DNA from: Octopus vulgaris
Taxonomy: Eukaryota
Direction: 5' to 3'
DNA: 64,000 nt
NCBI GenBank assembly: GCA_951406725.2
Contig: OX597817.1
Span: forward strand, 105,462,001-105,526,000
How positions within the stretch are numbered: the stretch's first letter is position 1; each line of letters opens with the position of its first letter. The position numbers and the translations under genes were made by a program. The notes beneath the pieces are model-generated. The model saw nothing but the letters and a program-made list of their open reading frames with translations. It made no database searches and was not told where the DNA came from. Below are positions 25,160 to 38,169 of the stretch, piece by piece.

Positions 25160-27003
25160 TGTGTGTGTGTGTGTATTGTGCAAAGCAATTAGTAGATGAT
25201 TCATTAATTGCGTAACGAAACTGTTATATTATTATATAATGATGACATCGTAATTATTAGCGTTTTATTGTTTTGATTTCATCACTTACATCACATGCCT
25301 TCTCACTTCACCAAAGTGGAAATTTAAAATATTTGTCTTCTTGAACACATTTTAAAGCTACTAATCTCTGCTAATCCATTTCCCTATTTTATCATGCCCT
25401 ATACCGTTACACTAGTTTGTTCTGGCATAAGAGCTTTTACTTCGTAAGGTCTTTACAGCTACTCATAAGCCATCTGAACTAACTAAAGATGGAATTTTTT
25501 ATTTGTCCACATAGCGCAAAATTGTACAAAGCGAAGACGGAAATGTGTTGGTGCTATATGAAAATATAAAGAAAATCTCTGATATTATTTTCAACCACTT
25601 CTATTTTCACACCTCGGGAATTTTCAAAAGAGTATAGTCATTTGTATTCTGCGAACCGCCAGCTTGAAGCATTCATCTTTCATAGAGATAATATTCTACA
25701 TTCTCCTATACCCTGTTGAATCTCCATTGATTCTGAGTAACTAGAAGTGTTCAGAAAATCGAATCGAGTGGACGAATATGTAAATTCGCCTATATTGAAA
25801 CCTTTGAATTAATTTGAAAGAAAAGTTGTCTCCCTTGATTTAAAGAACTCGGCATTAGAATATCTGGATTTAATTTATAAACATGTTTTATATTGCTATG
25901 AATCTCATCCGTAGAAACGGATGAGACCACACATTTTCACTCAAAAATATAAACGACTGAACTTCATATTCAAACAACAGGGTTCATTATTTCAAAGCCA
26001 ATTAATAATTAATGCGTAATTAAATATTACACATAAAATCAGTTTTAAGTCTTTGGAAATAGAAGAAACAATAACTCTTGTTTATGAAACTGAGCAACAA
26101 AATACATATAACATAGGTGTTTGTGTATACAGACAAAGAGGGTGGAGGGCTGTCTCTAATTATAAGTATAACCAACAAAGTTATTTCCATAGGGTTGTTC
26201 CAACTGTTAGAAACAACAACCAAATCTTCAAATATTATCCCACCAACTTAAATATTGATAAAAGTAATGGATAACCTAACTTGTTATTCGGCATTAAAGT
26301 TCATACTTTTCCAATTATTTATGAATAAACTTCATTCTTAATTTTTTTTTTATCTTATACATATTATGTATACTTTTATTTGTTTTATATAAAAGATGTT
26401 TTGCTTTAAATTAATTTTCATACATTTGAAATTGATTTTCGTTTGTAATAAATAATGGTTCATGTGATTTAAGTTCATATAATTCAAATCGTGGTTTTCT
26501 ACTTTTAATTTGAGATTCATTTATCTTAATTTGAAATTCAGTTATTTAAATTCCAACTTCAGCTCTTTTAATTTGAAGTTCATTTGTTTGAATTTCAGAA
26601 TAAAAAAAGAAAGTATAAGTCTCATCTGCGTGACTAAAAGCTAGTACAAATCATTCAAACAGTAGGAAATAAATTTTATGCCGGCAAGTCACACGTTTCT
26701 AGCAGAAACTTTCATCGATTTAAAAACAATAAAAAAAAAAGGGAAAAAGAAAACAAAGAAGAGGGTAAATTTAACAGGTGTTGAATGATAAACAAATAAG
26801 GATTAGTGAGAGACAGGAAGGGAAAGGTAAGGGATAAGAAAGAGGAAACCAGAAAAGTGTGAAGTTAGACAACAGAAGGATGAGGGGAAAATTGAAAGTA
26901 ACAACAGCAGAGTTGGAAAACATTGAAACAATTAGCTGTGGTGAGGTAACAGCAGAGAATCTCAAAAGCAATAGCACACGAAGGATCAGAAGTTTGTGAG
27001 AGT

Positions 27004-27056
<53 letters not shown>

Positions 27057-27459
27057 CGCGCGCGTGTGTGTGTGTGTGTGCGTGCGTGTATATATCTGTA
27101 TATATCGTTGGCGATTGTCTTCTTCCGTCTTCCCTTCTATTGGATATTGGACTTTCCTCTGTTTCCGAAGAAGAGCTCGAAGAGTTAAGCCATCTTTCTT
27201 TCCTTCACTAAGCGTCTGCTAACACTTTACATGTACCACGTCCTCGCGTTGTTGCTGTTTTTTTTGTGTGTGTGTGTGTTTGTTCTTCTTTTGGGGATTT
27301 ACTATATATATATATATGTGTGTGTGTCTGTATGTGTGCGTGCGCGCGCGCGTATGTATGTGTGTGTGTGTATATATATATAATCTTTATTCTTTTATGT
27401 GTTTCAGCCAGGTGGCTGCGGTCATGCTGGAGCACCACCATGATTCATTATTCTTTATT

Positions 27460-28688
27460 TTTGTACCCTCTCCACAATCCTTCCGTGGTCCTCTTCTCCG
27501 ACTAGTGCGATCCCATCAAAATTGTCGATAACTCATCTGGTTTATGGTAGAATTTGACACTACTGCCCTCAACTGTGCCTCATGTCGAGCCATTAGTTTG
27601 TCTGGTATTGTGGATAGGAAAGTATCCAGTTTCTTTTTGAAGACTTCAACATCTATATCGTGTAAGGCTCTCAATTGCTTTGGCAGAGCATTGAAGAGCT
27701 GTGGTCCTCTGAACCCTAGGCTATTACAGTACCTGGTTCTTATATTAGATGCATTGGACGGTACCTTCGGTTCTATGCAGTGGCGTCCAGTACGAGCATT
27801 CGTATAACAAAATTGAGTCCTAGCCCTTCCAGTATTTTCCACATATAAATTATTACATATCTCTCACGTCTGCGCTCTCGGGAGTAGAGTCGTAGTACTT
27901 TCAATCTCTCCCTGTAGTTCATCTGTTGAACTGCAGCAATCTTTTTAGTGTAGTGACGCAGGATTGCTTCAAGCTCCGTCGTTAGCTTGACACTGTGTGG
28001 TGACTACAGCTGAGAACAGTAGTCTAGGTGGCTGAGGACAAAGGTCTTCCATAAAGTCAATATGACTTCCTGATCTCTTGTCCTGAATGCCCTTAGTATC
28101 CATCCCGCCAGTTGTCTGCACTTTGCTGCCAACTTGGTAATGTGCATGAGAAATGATGCATCATTACACATACTGATGCCCAGGTCTCTCACTGTTTGTA
28201 ACTCTGGGATTGCAGTACCTCCAGGTCCTGTAAATGCCGGTTGTGGAGTAGTTGTGATCTTATAGCGCAATGCTTGAAATTTTTCAGCATTAAATTGCTT
28301 ATTGTGTTGCTCTTCCCACTTGTATATTGCATTTAGGTCGTTCTGCAGGTTTACGACATCATTAGGATACTTTATTGCCTGAGATAATTTTGTATCATCG
28401 GCGTAGCTAGTGAAAGTGGAATGACTGGAATGACTGTGGGCATGTCTAAGAGGGCTTCTATAAACAGTAATGGCCCTAAGACAGTTCCCTGAGGAACATC
28501 GCTCGAAATTTGTGTTTCCGTAGAGAGTGCACCATTGGCTGTAACTGTCTGACTTCTATTGTTTAGGAAGTCATGCAGCCACTCTCCTAGTTTACCAGCT
28601 ATACCAAAGTTTCGCAGCTTGTGACATATAATGCCATGATCAACTTTGTCGAAGGCCTTTGCAAAGTCAAGATATATCACATCAACAT
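27460..28688 (-). mobile_element. CR1/L2-group LINE, 5'-truncated RT fragment
   Basis: DVIYLDFAKAFDKVDH, VPQGTVLGPLLF, YADDTK, RDLGI, GWILRAFRTRD, LDYCSQL, FKKKLDTFLSTIPD. Confidence 0.9.
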
Positions 28689-29055
28689 ATAAATATATAT
28701 ATTCATACACACATATTCATACATCCATATGTGAGTGCATGTAAGCAAGCATATGAGTGTGTGTGCGCGCGCGATTCTGCGTTTGTGTACGTATGTGTGT
28801 ACGTATGTGTGCGCGTGTGTCTGTGAGTGTATATGTGTGTACGTATGTGTGCGCCTGTGTGTGTGTATGTGTGCGCGTGCGTGCGTGTATTGAAGAGGAA
28901 ATGGACACGCTTGGTGCGCGACAAAATTACCGTATTGGTTGCGGCTCTTAATAGTTTTCATGTTGAACTTCCTCTGCTGCGTGATCCAATAAGGTTCTAC
29001 GCGACCAGTATAGGGCTATTACATAATATAAAGTGCAGATCTATTACACTTGCAC

Positions 29056-29071
29056 AATAATAATAATAATG

Positions 29072-29108
<37 letters not shown>

Positions 29109-29134
29109 TGATAATAATAATAATAATAATAATA

Positions 29135-29199
<65 letters not shown>
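29056..29199. repeat. (AAT)n microsatellite (SINE tail)
   Basis: Seen directly in the sequence. Confidence 0.97.
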
Positions 29200-29611
29200 C
29201 CTTTCTACTAAAGGAACAAGGCCTGAAATTTAAGGGAATGGATTACATTAGGGATACAATTTAGAAGAATGGTTTTCATCGATTCCAGTGCGTAACTGGT
29301 ACTTATTTAATCGATTCCGAAAAGATGAAAGGTAAAATCGACCTCGGCGGATTTTGAACTCAGAACGCAGCGGCGAACGAAATACCTATTTCTTTACTAC
29401 CCCCAAGGGGCTAAACACAGAAGGGACAAACAAGGACAGACAAACGGATTAAGTCGATTATATCGATCCCAGTGCGTAACTGGTACTTATTTAATCGACC
29501 CCGAAAGGATGAAAGGCAAAGTCGACCTCGGCGGAATTTTGAACTCAGAACGTAGCGGCAGACGAAATACTGCTAAGCATTTCGCCCGGCGTGCTAACGT
29601 TTCTGCCAGCT
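29200..29611 (-). mobile_element. Two adjacent or nested SINE family A copies
   Basis: The same segment occurs at about 29278-29385 and 29461-29570. Confidence 0.85.
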
Positions 29612-30232
29612 CAATAATAATAATAATAAATTCGTTTATTGGCCACAAGAACTTACATAAAATTACATTAAAACACATACAACATAAAAGACAAAAACAG
29701 GATGATACAATGGGTTTTACGTGTAAACAATATAACAATTAAAATTAAACAATTTAAAACTCCCAATAGGGGAGGCGCTTGAAGGACCTCGTGGAAAAAC
29801 CACTAAAGCCACGGATGCCTGAACAACAGGGCAAAAGCCCTTCTCTTTTTGATTATAGGCGCACACTCATAATTGGTCCTTTCACACTCGCCATTCTTCC
29901 AATATTCACCCTAGGGCGTGCAAAACGGTTTCATCGTTCTGGGCGCACCTAGGGCAGGCTCGGCTGGCGTCACTTCCATGCCTGTAAAGTTTATCTCGAA
30001 CAGGCAGTACCCCTCGGTAGCACTGTCAGGCAAGGGATTTCTGGAAGTTATCCATAGGCCCAGGCCCGGAAGTTTTCCGAAACAGACCGATTCGTTGATC
30101 TTCATCGACACCTAGAGTTTCCCCGAGGACGTCGTCGCACTTTCCCTCCACTAGCCCTCTATAGAACGCTACAGTAGAACTACCACCGACCTCATTGCCC
30201 GCCTGGCAGAGGGCTGTGAGCGTTTGACGGCA
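29612..30232 (-). mobile_element. L1/Tx1-like LINE 3' fragment
   Basis: ETVLHAL zinc-knuckle remnant; AATAAA followed by a (TTA)n tail on the minus strand. Confidence 0.55.
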
Positions 30233-30233
30233 C

Positions 30234-30266
<33 letters not shown>

Positions 30267-30589
30267 TCACAATACATAAATACACAAAATGTACAGATAC
30301 AGCAACATACACGCATCCAAACACACACACACACACACATGAAGCATGAGAAGCTCTCAACAAGTATAGAAAATTAGGGAGTAATTTGAAGCGGAATCTA
30401 TTAAATAATTCAGAGTGGTGCTTTATTTTGTATAGGAATCATACAACAGGCTGAATGGCGATTTAATTTAGTTTTACAAATACCGTTTATGTAGTCTGAC
30501 CGAACGAAAATTGTTATCAAATCGACTGATAATATGCATACATTCACACCTACATATCCAAAATTCACGAACACACATTCGCACGTATG

Positions 30590-30659
<70 letters not shown>

Positions 30660-30835
30660 ACACTAACACACATTAACCAGACAAGATATTAAATATAGAT
30701 ATACATGCACACACAAGCAACAAAGCTTACGAACACGCGTACTAATAGTCAAATTTTTTGTTTATGAAAAAAAATGAAATATACTAAAGTATTATCTAAC
30801 AAATATACATTAGCGACAGAAGCAGTATTAAAACT

Positions 30836-31352
30836 GAGAACTATTTATCCCTACTTAAACGTGGATGTTCTATTAGAACAAACTATACTGCGGTCGTTAT
30901 CATGAGAGAAACTTTCATATTAGCTTTTGGTGCAAAATGAACTTATGTTTAAATCGCTTTCGAGGAGGTAAATCCCTGCTACCTCCAGCGTCGAGACCAT
31001 CAGATCAGTAATTTCGACTTTGTTTAGTCATGTCAGTGATGGACACTCGACCGCTAAAGACAGCAAATGCCTGTTCTGGCAGTGTCAATTTATATATCGC
31101 TGGCGGGGAGATGAATCACTGCTGTCTCGAGCGGGCGAATGTCCATCATTGACAAGACCAAACAAGGTCGAAATTACTGATCTGGTGGTCTCGGCGTTAG
31201 AGGTAACAGGAATTCATCTCCCCGAAAGCGATATAAACAAGAGTTTATTTTGTACCAAGAAACCAATATAAGAATTTCTCTCATGGTAACTACCACAGTA
31301 TAGTTTGGTCTAACAGAACATCCACATTTAAGCGGGCATAAATATTATCTCT
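30836..31352. mobile_element. Foldback (palindromic) MITE with arms of about 230 bp
   Basis: 30836-31066 is the imperfect reverse complement of about 31121-31352 (e.g. ATCAGTAATTTCGAC / GTCGAAATTACTGAT). Confidence 0.85.
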
Positions 31353-32336
31353 AAAGTGTTATCTGTTATACGATGGGTAACTTTTGGAAGTATACTTTTC
31401 CCAACATGTTGGAAATATGGCGTACATACAATAATAATAATTTAATTTCTATGAGATTTCTTGGTGCTTACACAAAATGATGAAATGAATACCAATTTTC
31501 AAAAGAAAATATATTTATTACCTTAAAATTAATGTATGTATGTCAGTATGTGTGTATGTGTGTACACGTGCGCGTATGTGTATGCGTAGGTCTGTGTGTG
31601 TGTGTGCCGCATATTTATGTATGCAAGTATATGTGTGTGAATGGATTTTTATGTATGCGTGTGTGTGTGTGTATGTGTGTGTGGTGTGTGAATGCTTATA
31701 TATGTTTGTATATTTGTGTGTGTTCATAGACAGCCATGAATATTTCTAAGTATGTCGTATTTATTCTCACTTTACCAATATGAACTTAATTCTCTCCTTA
31801 CATTTGATACGAACATGTGTTTGTTTATGATTATTTTCAACGTATTATGAAGGAAATTAAAGCATATCATATTTTAAAGGTTATTCGAAAAACAATAAAA
31901 GTTGCGTAACAAAGACGAGAATCATCGATTAAAAAGGTATTTAAACAGTTTTACGAGTAAAACAATACTTTATATTCATCTCTGTAAAACAAAGTTTTAA
32001 CAGAGACGACTATATGACAGTGCTTTACACTTCGGACTGCATGAATACCTTTTGAATTCATGACTTTCGTCTTTATTACACCATTTGCATATGTTTGTTT
32101 GCGCGTGCGCGTGTGTATACACATATATGCATGTACACAGATACGTCCAAGTCACTAAGGGGTCCCCTGGGCGGTCTTCCCTCTTCACTATTCAATGGTG
32201 CACTCTCAGAATTATAAGGATACACTTATTTTCGAAACTGCTCTTTAGCATTATTACAAATTAGTGCCCAACCAGAATATTCTGAAGCATCCTTAGGCAC
32301 CAAAGTCTGGCAACGGGCCAGCACAATCATACATAC

Positions 32337-32505
32337 AGGCACAGGCGTGGCTGTGTTGCAAGAGGTTTGCTTGCAACCACCTGGTTTTGAATTCAGTCCC
32401 ACTGTGTGGCACCTTGAGCAAGTGTCTTCTACTATAACCTCGAGCCGATAAAAACCTTGTGAATGAATTTGATTGACGTAAACTGAAAGAAGCCCGTTGA
32501 ATATG
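32337..32505 (+). mobile_element. SINE family B, 5' part
   Basis: Similarity to other copies. Confidence 0.8.
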
Positions 32506-32528
32506 TGCGTGTGTGTGGTGTGGTGTGT

Positions 32529-32616
<88 letters not shown>

Positions 32617-32729
32617 AAGGCTTTAAAAAACAAGTACTAGAGTTAATTCGGTGCCCCGCTATGGTTGCCGTTTGAAGACTGAAAGAAATAAAAGATACAC
32701 TTACATACATGCATAAACATCCACACACA

Positions 32730-32771
<42 letters not shown>

Positions 32772-32789
32772 GTTTGTGTGTGTGTTTAA

Positions 32790-33545
32790 GAACAGGGAAA
32801 AACTGACTTCTCTATTTCATTTCACCTGCAGTTTCCGAAATCAAGAAAATTACTTTGTTAACACCACCTGGAGGATTCTTGACAGAGCTTCACTTTGCTT
32901 ACCTAGAGTTCGTAACTGCCAAGTCTGCCTCCGTGAATATTTTAAATATATATTGCAACCGCTTACCAATGTATCTATCCACCAACAAGAAAACCGATTT
33001 ATTCTATTGTTGTCACCAAAGATACACCCTGATCATTGATAATCCGGAAATACAACCCTAGTTCTAGCAGGGCCATGCACAATAGCACAACTGAATAATT
33101 GCCAGGTATACAATCTATGTTTGCTCATAACGAAATAATATCCCGTCAGCATTTTATCACAATCCGGCTAAAATTATACCACGCAGCTATGTTTGACACA
33201 CACACTGACATGTAGCCATGTAATCTGACACCAACAAACTGGTTACTCAACATTTTGTAGTACATCACTTACTGACGTGGTCGAACATCCAAATCCTACA
33301 GACCACAGACTACCTGACGCCAATAGATTGTCTCCTCTACCACGTGGAACACATATACAACCAACAGTTGTCGCTGTTTTATCAAAATATTCACGTGACA
33401 CGAATTAAGCCATGCAAACTCAAATATTCTCTTAAAATATTATTTGCTCTGGCTCCGTGCACCTGAGGTTGTTGACGTTTATTTGCGCCTACGGACAACT
33501 CTAACCACGTGTTGGGTGCTATTTTCTTTCATTTGTGCTGCTACA
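32790..33545 (+). mobile_element. Decayed Penelope-like GIY-YIG C-terminus plus pLTR
   Basis: TWRILDRA...NCQVCLRE..YIL...NKKTDLF.CCH resembles the 13.1-13.4 kb remnant. Confidence 0.55.
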
Positions 33546-33612
33546 TACGTGTGTATGCACATACATACATACATACATACATACATACATACATACATAC
33601 ATACATACAATC

Positions 33613-33660
<48 letters not shown>

Positions 33661-33667
<7 letters not shown>

Positions 33668-33870
33668 TAATCCAAACAGGAAAACACAAAGAGAAAACAC
33701 AACAACGCGAGGACGTGGAACTAGTGTAGTGTTATTGGACGCTCAGGAAAGGAAAGAAAGAAGGAGGATTTAACGTTTCGTGCGGAGCTCTTCGTCAGAA
33801 ATATAGAAAATGGAAAGATCCAAAGAAGAGAAGACAGAGGAAAAAAATCGTCAACGATACACACGCGGTC
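33661..33870 (-). repeat. Dispersed repeat with a minimal hammerhead-like motif (related copies at about 6990-7155, 27110-27270, 34252-34342)
   Basis: Minus strand TTT-CTGACGA-A-GAGCTCCGCAC-GAAA-CGTT-AAA at about 33768-33802. Confidence 0.6.
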
Positions 33871-33894
33871 ATATATATATATATATATATATCA

Positions 33895-34196
33895 CCATGA
33901 TCACCGTGACCGACCAGGCCATCAGATGTTGCAACACATCGCTGGTCACAATGCGCTTCGCATTGTTTTAGCCTTCAAATTACGCCACCCCGCTGGCTAA
34001 GCGAGCAGGCCAACAGAAGAAAGAGTGAGAGAAAGTTGTGGCGAAAGAGTACAAGGATCGCCACCACTCCCTGCCAGAGGATCGTGGAGCTTTAGGTGTT
34101 TTCGGTCAATAAACACTCACAAGGCCCAGTCTGGGAATCGAAACCGCAATCCTACGACCGCGAGTCCGCTGCCCTAACCACTAGGTCATTGCGCCT

Positions 34197-34199
<3 letters not shown>
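33895..34199 (-). mobile_element. tRNA-derived SINE family C
   Basis: Minus-strand head GGAGGCGCAATGACCTAGTGGTTAGGGCAG...GGTTTCGATTCCC (A/B boxes) followed by a non-tRNA body. Confidence 0.75.
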
Positions 34200-34255
<56 letters not shown>

Positions 34256-34340
34256 AAGTTAATCCAAACAAGAAAACACAGAAAAAAGAAAAAAAACACA
34301 GCAACGCAGGACGTGGAACAATTAAAGTATTATTGACGCT

Positions 34341-34387
<47 letters not shown>

Positions 34388-34481
34388 GAGAGAGAAAGAG
34401 AGAGATGCAGCACGAAGCTTTGTCAGTGAACAGGTCGCGGTCTCAAAGCGACGAAAATATTTTGACAAATTAAATTTAAAT

Positions 34482-34616
<135 letters not shown>

Positions 34617-35634
34617 TGTGTGTGTGTGTATAAGTTAGCAGTCTAGAACTTATACGCTTTCAGTATAATCTTGTAAAATAATCATTGACATGAACTTCGT
34701 TTTCGCCATAAATCAATAAATAAAAAGTTAATAGCTTTTAAAGTTTGCAATTTTTTTGTAATTTTAGCCAATCGAACGCCACAGACATATAGGTGCCTGT
34801 TTCCATAGTAACAAGCCAAGCTGTTACCGAGCTGCTTACCACATGTGCTTTTTGTCACTTATTAAATGCTTAAAGCACATTCGGTATGAGGTGATCACGA
34901 GATGTGCTAAAAATAACAGCTAAATAGACCTTAAATCAAGCACGAACTTTTTTTTTTTTTTTTTTTGTTTTTTGGTTTTTTTTGCATAATCGTATGAATT
35001 CCCGAGTGTAGAATACAAATTCGCAAGAGTTTTCTGAAAATTCCCCAAAATAAAAAAAGTTATGAGGGGTTATATGACGTGCGTAAAGCAGAATTCCGCC
35101 AGTATTTCATTTGTTTACAGTTGACAACACGTGCTGTCAAGCACAAAATAACAGCTTCCAAATCCTGTTTTCTGACCAGGTAAAAATAATCAAATTTTAA
35201 ACCTCTGTAACTTGTTTAAATTTTTTTTTTCTGGAAAACGTGAAGGACCTTTTCAATTTGACGGCCAGATTTTTTAATTATTTTTTTTTTCAACTCTACA
35301 CTTTGAAACTTCGGATACTGGTAGAATGTGTTACATTGAACAGGGTTTACTCTTAACATTTTTGACAAAATTCTGTATTTTAGAAGTTATTTCGTGTTAA
35401 AGTTGTCGTGTTTGTGTAATTTTAACCAATCAATGACGTGCATTGAGCTAAAGAAACAACAACTTCTGAACTTCCGAACAACAACTTCCGGGTCCACTTC
35501 CCTATCAAAACCCTTCTTTAATAACCAGAGATGTTTTTATAGCGACATAGGTTTGCTGTATCAGGGTTGATTTGAGGCTAAATAACGACAAAATTATTAC
35601 TGAAACAGACCAACGGCGGAGCCGTTTACCATTT

Positions 35635-35925
35635 ACTTCTTTCATTCATTGGACTGCGGCTGTATTGGAGCACCGCCTTGAAGGGTTTAGTCGAACAAAT
35701 CGATCCCCAATAGTTATATATTTTTAAGTCTGGACCTTATTCTGTCGGAGAGTTTTTGCCGAACCATGTTACGGAAACATAACACACACACACACACACA
35801 CACGTACAAACGATGAGCTTCCATACAGTTTCCGTCAATCATAGAAGACAATTGCCTAAAGTGCCGCACAGTAGGACTGAACGTGAAACCACAGTGTTGC
35901 AATGAGAACTAGTTAACGACACAGC
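35635..35925 (-). mobile_element. SINE family B, diverged
   Basis: Similarity to other copies. Confidence 0.75.
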
Positions 35926-36359
35926 AGAAGAAATACTGCTATGTATATTAATACACCCGCGCTCGTCCATTGGATGGTGTAAGTTCGTAATAGAACTGGA
36001 GTCTAAAATAGTGTAATTCCGTTTCTGTCTATGCTTAAAACTGACATAGTTAAGACGTTAAATCAGAAATAAGTGGTATTCAAAACGCAACATATTTTAT
36101 TTGCTGATATCGGGTATTAAAATGTAAACATATGGAAAATTATCGTTCGGAATACCGTTTATTTGACTGGATGACTGAAGAATCGGTACAAAATGCATAC
36201 ACGACATTTCTATGGAGATGGAGGCAATCTCTAAGAAATATGTTTAATTGCAATTTGAAATTATCTGAGGCATCTGGGAAGCTGTGCATTGAAATGAAAA
36301 AATGCTTGACTTTAGCAATGGACGATTAATATAATCTATCGTGAGGAGTAAATAAGGGC

Positions 36360-36900
36360 CAACCTGAAGGGGATTTCAACTCAACGGAAGAACTATTGGA
36401 GGGCTGCCTTGTGAACCACGTTTTTTGTCAATCTTTCGGGAGCGTAGTAGAAGAGATTGGCCGAATTTCCAACTCTGGAACACCCCACATACAGCTGTCC
36501 ATGTGAAAAGCATGATGTACTGAGGTCCAGCGTTTAGAATCTGGATGGTCTCTGAGCAGCAGGGACTTCAAAGGTTCGGCACCGACTTGTAAGTGAGGGA
36601 AGCTAACAGTTTCATTGGAGCAGCATATACAGATAGATTCTATGTTGCCAATGATGATATGTGGGTGTGGTGCGTAGTCTTCATGGGGGCTGTAATAAGA
36701 GGCTTTTTGTTAGACCAGCAACAGGAAAAATCCCTCTCAAAGACATGAGAACGCATTTTACATTGAGAATCAGCCCCAAGCTTTGTGGCCCTTTGTTCAA
36801 CAGTCTCTAAAGTACGGCTATTTGAAGTAGAGGCAGCATCGCGAGCACGCAGGGATTCTGCTTGTTGAGCTGTGATGCTCTGCAGTAGAACGGCATTGCA
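36360..36900 (-). mobile_element. Decayed CR1/L2-like LINE 3' fragment
   Basis: DAASTSNSRTLETVEQRATKL-type post-RT motif. Confidence 0.4.
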
Positions 36901-38169
36901 AGCACGCCGAAGCACACAAGGAACGCATTTTTTGTTTTTCTGTCAATGTGACTCTTGCTTTTCGAGGCATCCTATCGAAAATCTGTAACTGAATGCAAAC
37001 CGGGAAACCGGAAAAAATGGGATATAGGATTCGGCAATACGCGATGTTGACCGATAAGAAGCAAAACTTGTGGATGAATAAGCTACCAGAAACAACCGAA
37101 TAGTGTTTTTTTTAGAATGTAACCAATGAATTTGATCTGTAATATTCGTAAAAATAAGAAGAAGAATTCGCCAAAATATCGTTCAATTATGCTTACTGAT
37201 AAAAAAATTACTCGTAGTTTGAAATGTTGATACTAATATTTCTTCTTCATGAGATGGAATTAAAAAATAAATAACGGGCATGTATGTGTTAAATCAAGTG
37301 AGTCACGAAAAAGTCGAAATCTACCGCTCATTTTTTGTTTTATATAAGAAATTGTTAGCTAAAGTTTTAGATATTTGTCACCCAAATTTCCATGTTCAAT
37401 TACCAATCAATTTGTCGTTTTCTTCTGTCAATTGAATTTTGGCTGTAAGAATTCACAGAGTTGATTGATCGCCAATTAGTGCCATTTATTCGTTAAAGTT
37501 AATATTTTATTTCATTTTTACTTATTCAAAATAATTGTCTTGTCTTTTGTATCAGCTTATTTATTAAACACAGAATGAAATGTTTGTATGCACGTGTTCG
37601 ATTACCATTCATTCTAGTATGATATCGATTTTTACTGCAATTACATATGCTCTTTCACGAAATTTAACTGGTGCACCCATTGTGACGTCTTCAGCGCAAT
37701 CAGTTGAAAAATACAGCTGTTATAATATTTTACACACACACACAGACCAAACGGGATTTATTTAATAGATTTTGTTCGGTGTCCTAACGGCTCTGCCCGT
37801 TCGTAACTTTAGTCACAACAGCAATCATAACAATTTGATCCAAAAGCACAAATACTAAAATTATTATATGAAATAGTAGTAAGTTTCCTATCGCCACCAC
37901 ATACATACATTGCTACAACAAGCAACATTATTTATGAGCATCGATATGCCAACATCAGCGACAAAAACCTAACCTCGGCTATCTTTCGATAACCGTACAC
38001 TGAAAATGAAACTATTTCTTCGGAAAATTCCGTATAAAAATTTTATTTCTTTAATTGCTTTTCCAACTGAATCGCTTATACTTATGTAATGTCTTTTTTT
38101 CTGTATGTCTTATTGTGCATACATGTATGTATGTATGTATGTGCAGATTTGTATGTTTTATATATGTAT

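Noticed and set aside
34120-34199. tRNA-like sequence (also other A/B-box heads)
   Set aside because: These are SINE heads continuing into repeat bodies; no convincing complete cloverleaf.
37557-37765. Possible orphan exon (acceptor-like TTTTGTATCAG, short hydrophobic ORF)
   Set aside because: No donor, partner exons or recognisable homology.
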